A stretch of DNA of 64,000 nucleotides. Origin: Acholeplasma sp. Its GTDB lineage: Bacteria > Bacillota_I > Bacilli_A > Acholeplasmatales > UBA5453. Within the stretch, counting starts at the first letter, position 1. Every line of letters begins with the position of its first letter. The stretch covers positions 1 to 64,000 of the forward strand of contig JAVBWN010000027.1 of assembly GCA_036677365.1 (NCBI GenBank). The letters are read 5' to 3'. The notes below the pieces were generated by a model. The model was not told the DNA's origin and did no database searches. It saw only the letters and a program-made list of their open reading frames with translations. A program made the translations under genes and the position numbers. This document shows positions 58,333 to 64,000 of the stretch, piece by piece.

Positions 58333-59324
58333 AGTGGCTATTAAAACACAAAATCATTGGTGTCATCCTGGTTTTATTATATGCCAGCTTAAGTGTCTTT
58401 TTTACGTACAGACTGGAGGATTATACATTAACCCTCAAAGGCGACCTAACCCCAGTGAAAACAGAGATTTTGGAAACAGATCGCAGTCATTTTTATACAA
58501 TATATGTCGTGAGCATGGATAAACCGACCCTATTTCAATATGTTTTGGCGATGTTTACAGATACCATTGATATTTCTAAGCTACCCGATGCCTATCGAGG
58601 TATGAGTGCGATGGACCAATTCAAAATGGGTCAAATTGCAGAAGAAATCAGTTATCAATACGCCACCATTCAAGCCTATACCAAAGCTAAACTCACAGAC
58701 TCAAGCATCGAAATCGACTACACACCCTTGGGTTATATGGTCAGTTTTGTTGAAAAAGGTCAAACTGGCATCCGTTTGGGTGATATTTTAGTTGAAGTCG
58801 AAGGTGTTTCCCATTTAGATGTCCCACAACATGAGTTTTTTGGTTATTTTTCTAATCAAAATAGCGTTATGGTTAAAGTATTAAGAGATGGAAACTTAGT
58901 AACATTATCTTTAAATAAACTGACCACCATCGATCGTTATGGCATTCGTTTAGAACCTTATTTTGACATTGAAACCACCCCAAATATCGGTACTACCTAT
59001 GGCAATGACTTCATTGGTGGGCCTTCTGGGGGCATGATTCAAACACTCGATATTTACATGAAATTATTGAATATCGACTTAAAAGATTTGAAGATCGCTG
59101 GCACAGGGACCATTGAACTGGATGGTTCGATTGGTGAAATTGGTGGCATCGAACAAAAAATATATACCGCCTATGATCATGATGTGGACTTATTTTTATG
59201 TGCAGCGGCCAATTATGATGCTGCCTTAGCCGTATATGAAAAATTGAATAACCCATCATTTACACTGATAAAGGTAGGTGACATCGATGAAGCGATTCAA
59301 AGCATCCTTACACGACTACCTTGA
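58329..59324 (+). CDS. YlbL-like PDZ/Lon-type (S16) membrane protease
   Basis: N-terminal TM; PDZ GDIL..V.G; IGGPSGG (Ser); IAGTGTI..DG.IG.IGGI.QK (Lys). Confidence 0.88.
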   Translation: MKWLLKHKIIGVILVLLYASLSVFFTYRLEDYTLTLKGDLTPVKTEILETDRSHFYTIYVVSMDKPTLFQYVLAMFTDTIDISKLPDAYRGMSAMDQFKMGQIAEEISYQYATIQAYTKAKLTDSSIEIDYTPLGYMVSFVEKGQTGIRLGDILVEVEGVSHLDVPQHEFFGYFSNQNSVMVKVLRDGNLVTLSLNKLTTIDRYGIRLEPYFDIETTPNIGTTYGNDFIGGPSGGMIQTLDIYMKLLNIDLKDLKIAGTGTIELDGSIGEIGGIEQKIYTAYDHDVDLFLCAAANYDAALAVYEKLNNPSFTLIKVGDIDEAIQSILTRLP

Positions 59325-59682
59325 GGCAAGAAAAACGTATCGAATCCTAACGAACACCTGGTCGATTAAGAAAAACATCACCTATGTGTTACAGACCACC
59401 GGGCTTGCTTTAATGATCATGCTGTTACCTGCACTATTGGTCATCAATTTATTGGTTTTTGTGAGTTACATTAAAGTTTGGATTGTGTATGGTGCCTTGA
59501 TTGGCTATGGGTTCATTCACCTTTCCTATGTGTTTCAAACATATTACATAAAAGACTATTCAAACGACCACGAATTTGTTAAAATAAGAAGGCTATTCAA
59601 ACTGTATACATACACCTATGGTGCCTTATGGTTTGGATTGGTTTATACCTTATACATGATATTTGGAGGTTACATCGTATGA
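59287..59682 (+). CDS. Hypothetical membrane protein (3 TM)
   Basis: ATG 59287 after AGGTGA; hydrophobic segments; fills the gap between ylbL and lspA. Confidence 0.65.
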   Translation: MKRFKASLHDYLEARKTYRILTNTWSIKKNITYVLQTTGLALMIMLLPALLVINLLVFVSYIKVWIVYGALIGYGFIHLSYVFQTYYIKDYSNDHEFVKIRRLFKLYTYTYGALWFGLVYTLYMIFGGYIV

Positions 59683-60134
59683 TCATTGGTATCATCATCA
59701 TTGGACTCATCATTATTTTGGATCAGATTACTAAATACTTAACCGTGACTCAAATTGGTAACCGTACCATTGTGGTCATTGATGGCTTTTTCAATTTGAT
59801 TGAACGCCACAATTATGGCGCAGGTTGGAGTATGTTTGAAGGTAACTGGCTATTCCTCGTCATTGTGACGATCATTTCCTTAGTTTTCTTTGGCTACTTA
59901 TTTAAATCCGTAGATTTTAAACAAAAATGGGTCTATAGTACCGCAATTTCATTGATGATTGGTGGTACACTAGGTAACTTCATTGACCGTTTACGATTGG
60001 GTTATGTGGTAGATTTCTTACAATTTATTTTTGGTAGTTACGAATTTCCGACGTTTAATATCGCCGATTCCGCATTGACGGTGGGTGTGATATTGTTCGC
60101 AATCGATGTATTCTTTTTGGAGCAAAAACGATGA
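59679..60134 (+). CDS. lspA: Lipoprotein signal peptidase II (start re-placed at MIIGI)
   Basis: DQITK; NYGAGWS; GGTLGNFIDR; VVDF; FNIADS. Confidence 0.95.
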   Translation: MIIGIIIIGLIIILDQITKYLTVTQIGNRTIVVIDGFFNLIERHNYGAGWSMFEGNWLFLVIVTIISLVFFGYLFKSVDFKQKWVYSTAISLMIGGTLGNFIDRLRLGYVVDFLQFIFGSYEFPTFNIADSALTVGVILFAIDVFFLEQKR

Positions 60135-61042
60135 ATAAATGGGTATTTAATGTAGAATCATCTCACGTGGGGTTACGCGCCGATGTGTTTGTAGCACAAC
60201 TGCTTACCGAAACCACACGCAGTCAAATTAAAAAGTTATTTGATGCGAAACAAGTACATATCGATGGTGAACCCATCAAGGCGAGTTATAATGTGCGTTT
60301 TGATGATGAACTCACTGTCTATTCAAGTGATGAAGTGGTCAAAATTGATCCGGTCAACTTAAACCTTGAAATCGTATATGAAGATGACGATGTCGCCGTC
60401 GTGTACAAACCTCAAGGGATGGTTGTCCACCCTGCAGTGAGTTTTAAAGAAGTCACCATGGTCCATGGTCTAAAGTATCAAATCAAGTCATTATCTGACA
60501 TCAATGGTACACTACGACCTGGGATTGTGCACCGTATCGATAAAGATACCTCGGGGTTACTGTTGGTAGCCAAAACCAATTTCGCCCATGAATCCTTGGT
60601 CACACAACTTCAGGAAAAAACAGTTAGACGTGTTTATGAGGCCATTTGTTTAAATCCAATCGTCGAAGATTCAGGTACAATATCCACCCCAGTCGGACGT
60701 GATGAAATCAACCGATTGAAAATGGCTGTGACCGACGACGGTAAATTGGCAATCACGCATTTTAAAGTCTTAAAACGCTATAAAAAACACAACTATATTG
60801 AATGTATACTGGAAACGGGTAGAACCCATCAAATCCGTGTCCACATGCAATATATTGGTCACCCGATTCTAGGCGACCCTTTGTATGGCAACAAACCTGT
60901 TTACGGCGAAACCGGACAATTTTTGCATGCGAAAACGTTGGGATTTGTTCATCCAAGAACCGGTAAATACCTTGAATTTACCCATGAATCACCAGAAATA
61001 TTCAAGAAAACCTTAGAAAAGCTTGAAAACAACGATTTATAA
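60131..61042 (+). CDS. rluD: RluA/RluD-family 23S rRNA pseudouridine synthase
   Basis: S4 domain; KPQGMVVHP; VHRIDKDTSG; ETGRTHQIRVH; GDPLYG; LHA. Confidence 0.92.
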   Translation: MNKWVFNVESSHVGLRADVFVAQLLTETTRSQIKKLFDAKQVHIDGEPIKASYNVRFDDELTVYSSDEVVKIDPVNLNLEIVYEDDDVAVVYKPQGMVVHPAVSFKEVTMVHGLKYQIKSLSDINGTLRPGIVHRIDKDTSGLLLVAKTNFAHESLVTQLQEKTVRRVYEAICLNPIVEDSGTISTPVGRDEINRLKMAVTDDGKLAITHFKVLKRYKKHNYIECILETGRTHQIRVHMQYIGHPILGDPLYGNKPVYGETGQFLHAKTLGFVHPRTGKYLEFTHESPEIFKKTLEKLENNDL

Positions 61043-61047
61043 AACAA

Positions 61048-61072
61048 AACCTCCACATTTTTTGTGGAGGTT
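61048..61072. terminator. Terminator between convergent rluD and rnhC
   Basis: AACCTCCACA-ttttt-TGTGGAGGTT. Confidence 0.75.
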
Positions 61073-61943
61073 AATTTATTTTGATGGGGCTTTCAATGTG
61101 ATTCTTGGTTAAATTTTTAAAATTGAGCTTGGTGATGGGTGGTAATGCCTGATAACCTCTGGATTTATAAATTTCCACGAGTTGTTTATCCACTTCACTG
61201 CCAGCGCCTTTCAATAAATTAAGGCCAATGTACTTGGAGAATTGTTGCATCTTCGCGAGGAATGCATACCTTGCAATGATGGAAGCAGCGGCTACACTGA
61301 TGTGGACACTTTCTGCTTTGGTATAGAAATTAATGTCACGGTAGATCAATTTTTCTGTTTTTAAATAATTAAAGTAAATCGGTGGTTCACAAAATTGATC
61401 CAAAATAACCGGTACTTTTTCCGTCAATTTCTCTGAAGTTTTGATGATGGCATGGTTGTGTAAGTAGGCTTTAATCTTATTCATATTGTAACCTTTACGA
61501 ACCATTTCATTGTATTTCTCGGGGTTTAAAATCAATATTGAGTGAATTAATCGGTTGGCTAAAATCGGTCCAATTTTAGAAATCATCGCATCTGTCATCG
61601 CTTTGGAGTCTTTGACGCCTAAGGATTCTAAGAATGCAATGTCTGTTTTAGACACATAAGCACTACAGACCACGATCGGACCAAACAGGTCACCAGTGCC
61701 AACTTCATCTGAACCAATCGCAGCATAGGTTTCGATGCCTAGAATGCTTTTGATGTGACTTAATTCTTGTTCATATTCGCCTTGTAGCACGACTTTACCG
61801 GTTTTATATGCATGAATCGTGAGTCCATTTTTAACGGCCGAAAATGCAACATACTGATTCGAGTGATCACGTTCGAACGATTTATATGCTTGAATCAGTA
61901 TATTTAATTGTTCGGGTGAAATACTCAAACTGTAATTTGCCAT
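61071..61943 (-). CDS. rnhC: Ribonuclease HIII
   Basis: N-terminal Y.TGKVVLQG; IGSDEVGTGD.FGP; VKDSK; DQF; KAES; VAAASIIAR. Confidence 0.95.
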   Translation of the reverse strand: MANYSLSISPEQLNILIQAYKSFERDHSNQYVAFSAVKNGLTIHAYKTGKVVLQGEYEQELSHIKSILGIETYAAIGSDEVGTGDLFGPIVVCSAYVSKTDIAFLESLGVKDSKAMTDAMISKIGPILANRLIHSILILNPEKYNEMVRKGYNMNKIKAYLHNHAIIKTSEKLTEKVPVILDQFCEPPIYFNYLKTEKLIYRDINFYTKAESVHISVAAASIIARYAFLAKMQQFSKYIGLNLLKGAGSEVDKQLVEIYKSRGYQALPPITKLNFKNLTKNHIESPIKIN

Positions 61944-62006
61944 ATATTTTCTCCTAACTCTATATGATTATACCATAAAATTTGATAAAATGTAAGAGGT
62001 GATACT

Positions 62007-64000
62007 ATGAGTTACGCTTTCAAAGCACTCGAGTTTGATGTCGTACTGACGCGAATTTCAAAATATGCGATGTGTCAAACGACGATTCAAAACATCTTAA
62101 ATCTGACCCCATTGGACAACCTTGAATCCGTTCAAATGGAAATACAGAAGACCAAACAAACCCTCGACTTGATTGCAAGGATGGGGTCTTTTCCGTTGAT
62201 TGAAGACTACGATATCGATGACCTATTCAACGCACTAACGATTGGACAGGTATTATCCATCAAAGACATATTGTCGGTTCGGTTGTTCATGGTTATGACC
62301 AAAGACGTCATCCATGTATTTAAAGAAATCATCCGAAATAAGATGAATTTTGATGATATAAAATTCATCTATGAAAGACTTTTCCCAACGGAACACCTCG
62401 TGTCTGTAATCGATTCGAAGATTGACCCCGATGGGATTGTCTTAGACAGTGCTTCAGAAGCACTCGCAACCATCCGAAAACAGCAACGCCGATTGGAACA
62501 ACAGCGTCGTGAAATTTTAAATAGCCTATTGCAAAAACGCGCTTCACAATTGAATGATCAAATGATTGTTATGCGTAACAACCGCTATTGTCTACCTGTA
62601 AAAGCAGAATATAAAAATACCTTTAAAGGCATCATTCATGATGAATCTTCTTCGGGAACAACAGCCTTCATCGAACCCATCGAAACGATTGAAAAGACCG
62701 TTGAGTTAGAACGCTTAATGTTCCAAGAACAACAAGAAATCATCAAAATATTGGAAGAAATCTCTGCTATACTCAAAGTGGATGTTGAAGAATTAAAAGG
62801 CAATTTGGATGCTTTATTGATATTGGATTTGCTCCAAAGTAAAGCCAAATACGCTTTAGAAATCGATGGTTATGCTGTACAAATGAATGACCAAGGTTTG
62901 ATACGTTTGGTCGATGCCAGACACCCACTCATCGATCCAAAAATCGTGGTGCCGATCTCTCTTGAGTTGAATGAAATCAAGCGTACGATATTGATTTCAG
63001 GCCCCAACACTGGGGGTAAAACGGTTGCTTTGAAAACCACGGGATTGCTGACACTCATGGCACAATCCGGTTTACTGGTCCCGATGAAATCAGAAGGGGT
63101 ATTATCGATATTCAAAGGTGTATATGCGGATATTGGCGATGAACAGTCCATATTGCAGTCGTTGTCTACGTTTTCATCTCACATGCGTAAGATAAAGCAC
63201 ATCGTTGATGTTGCAACTGACCATATTCTGGTTTTACTCGATGAACTGGGCAGTGGCACTGACCCACAAGAAGGCAGTGCACTTGCCATGGGTATCTTGG
63301 ACTATTTAGAACCGTTTAACTTGCGCATGATTGTTACAACCCACTATTCAGAACTCAAAGTCTACGCTTATACGCACCCTCACATTGCCAATGCGAGTGT
63401 TGCATTTGATATCGACACTTTAAAACCTTTATACCGTATCAATTATGGCATCAGTGGGTCTTCCAATGCCCTTTATATCGCTAAGAAGCTCGGACTCAGT
63501 GATGAGGTCATCCGATTAGCTCAAGGGTATTCGAGCTTGAAAGAAAATGACCTCACCAAATCCATCAAAGCCTTTGAAGATGAATCGCTCATCGTTAAAC
63601 AAAAAGAAGCGGCGTTATCTAAAACTTTGTTGGAAATTCAAACACTAAAACGGGATTATGAAACCAAAATCAGTACTTTAGAAGCCGAAAAAGACGCCAT
63701 ACTAGCGAAAACCAAGGCACAAGCCGACAAACAGATGAAAGCCAATTTGGAGAAAGCTCAAGCATTGATTGAAATCCTATCAATGAAGGATTTGAAAGAC
63801 CATGAGATTGCTCAAATTAAATATGAATTTAAACAATTAGACTTCGATGACCTCCCTAAGGAAGTGAATCGTGAATTAAAGGTAGGGGACCACGTGTTCA
63901 TCAAATCCTATGACCAAAATGGTGTCATCACGCAAAAAGTTAAGAACCAATTCAAAGTAAAATTCGGGATGTTCGAATTGATGTTTGATGCGAAAGATTT
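62007..64000 (+). CDS. mutS2: Endonuclease MutS2 (partial; runs off the window end, absent from the ORF track)
   Basis: AGAGGTGA RBS, ATG 62007, MSYAFKALEF; in-frame GIIHDESSSG, ARHPL, ISGPNTGGKT, DIGDEQSI.QSLSTFS, LDELGSGTDP.EG, TTHY; KOW-like LKVGDHV. Confidence 0.95.
   Translation, partial: MSYAFKALEFDVVLTRISKYAMCQTTIQNILNLTPLDNLESVQMEIQKTKQTLDLIARMGSFPLIEDYDIDDLFNALTIGQVLSIKDILSVRLFMVMTKDVIHVFKEIIRNKMNFDDIKFIYERLFPTEHLVSVIDSKIDPDGIVLDSASEALATIRKQQRRLEQQRREILNSLLQKRASQLNDQMIVMRNNRYCLPVKAEYKNTFKGIIHDESSSGTTAFIEPIETIEKTVELERLMFQEQQEIIKILEEISAILKVDVEELKGNLDALLILDLLQSKAKYALEIDGYAVQMNDQGLIRLVDARHPLIDPKIVVPISLELNEIKRTILISGPNTGGKTVALKTTGLLTLMAQSGLLVPMKSEGVLSIFKGVYADIGDEQSILQSLSTFSSHMRKIKHIVDVATDHILVLLDELGSGTDPQEGSALAMGILDYLEPFNLRMIVTTHYSELKVYAYTHPHIANASVAFDIDTLKPLYRINYGISGSSNALYIAKKLGLSDEVIRLAQGYSSLKENDLTKSIKAFEDESLIVKQKEAALSKTLLEIQTLKRDYETKISTLEAEKDAILAKTKAQADKQMKANLEKAQALIEILSMKDLKDHEIAQIKYEFKQLDFDDLPKEVNRELKVGDHVFIKSYDQNGVITQKVKNQFKVKFGMFELMFDAKD

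Noticed and set aside
243..63151. Many 60-150 aa ORFs antisense or out of frame within real genes (e.g. 7619-7945, 12952-13302, 53532-53858, 56710-57171, 62365-63151)
   Set aside because: They lie within or across well-supported CDSs and lack RBSs and motifs; shadow ORFs. Those after 62007 are antisense to mutS2.
1..64000. CRISPR arrays, IS elements, prophage, tRNA and rRNA genes
   Set aside because: No regularly spaced repeats, transposase/integrase motifs or RNA gene signatures were seen by eye

Overview
AT-rich chromosomal window with standard genetic code (TGA is a stop). Gene content, Firmicute-type sigma-A promoters, a T-box and a TPP riboswitch suggest a wall-less Acholeplasmataceae (Mollicutes); this is an inference. 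Most of the window is housekeeping: a BmrCD-like exporter, pdp, thiT, recU, RNase J, ppi, rarA, apt-rel-dtd, GNAT-hisS-aspS, msrA, dCMP deaminase, ylbL, lspA, rluD, rnhC and a partial mutS2 that the ORF track missed. Four accessory systems stand out. (1) A ~24-kb beta-1,3-glucan (laminarin/curdlan) utilisation locus at 17999-42253. It has GH94 and GH161 phosphorylases, GH16 enzymes, a LacI regulator with a 14-bp operator present three times, a non-catalytic multi-CBM4 lipoprotein, and a double ABC importer interleaved with an NHL-TPR-YIP1 protein and a DUF5696-like protein. (2) A five-gene Nqr/Rnf hybrid operon (B/D, C/G, D/E, E/A, F) lacking NqrA/RnfC and RnfB, convergent with a four-domain CoA-persulfide reductase. 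(3) An ECF sigma factor followed by two paralogous proteins carrying the RsgI-type DINPS autoproteolytic domain, one a membrane anti-sigma and one a lipoprotein. (4) A NadC-fold protein that has lost its catalytic motifs, upstream of apt-rel. No CRISPR array, tRNA, rRNA or mobile element was seen. All family calls come from motif recognition by eye; no searches were run.
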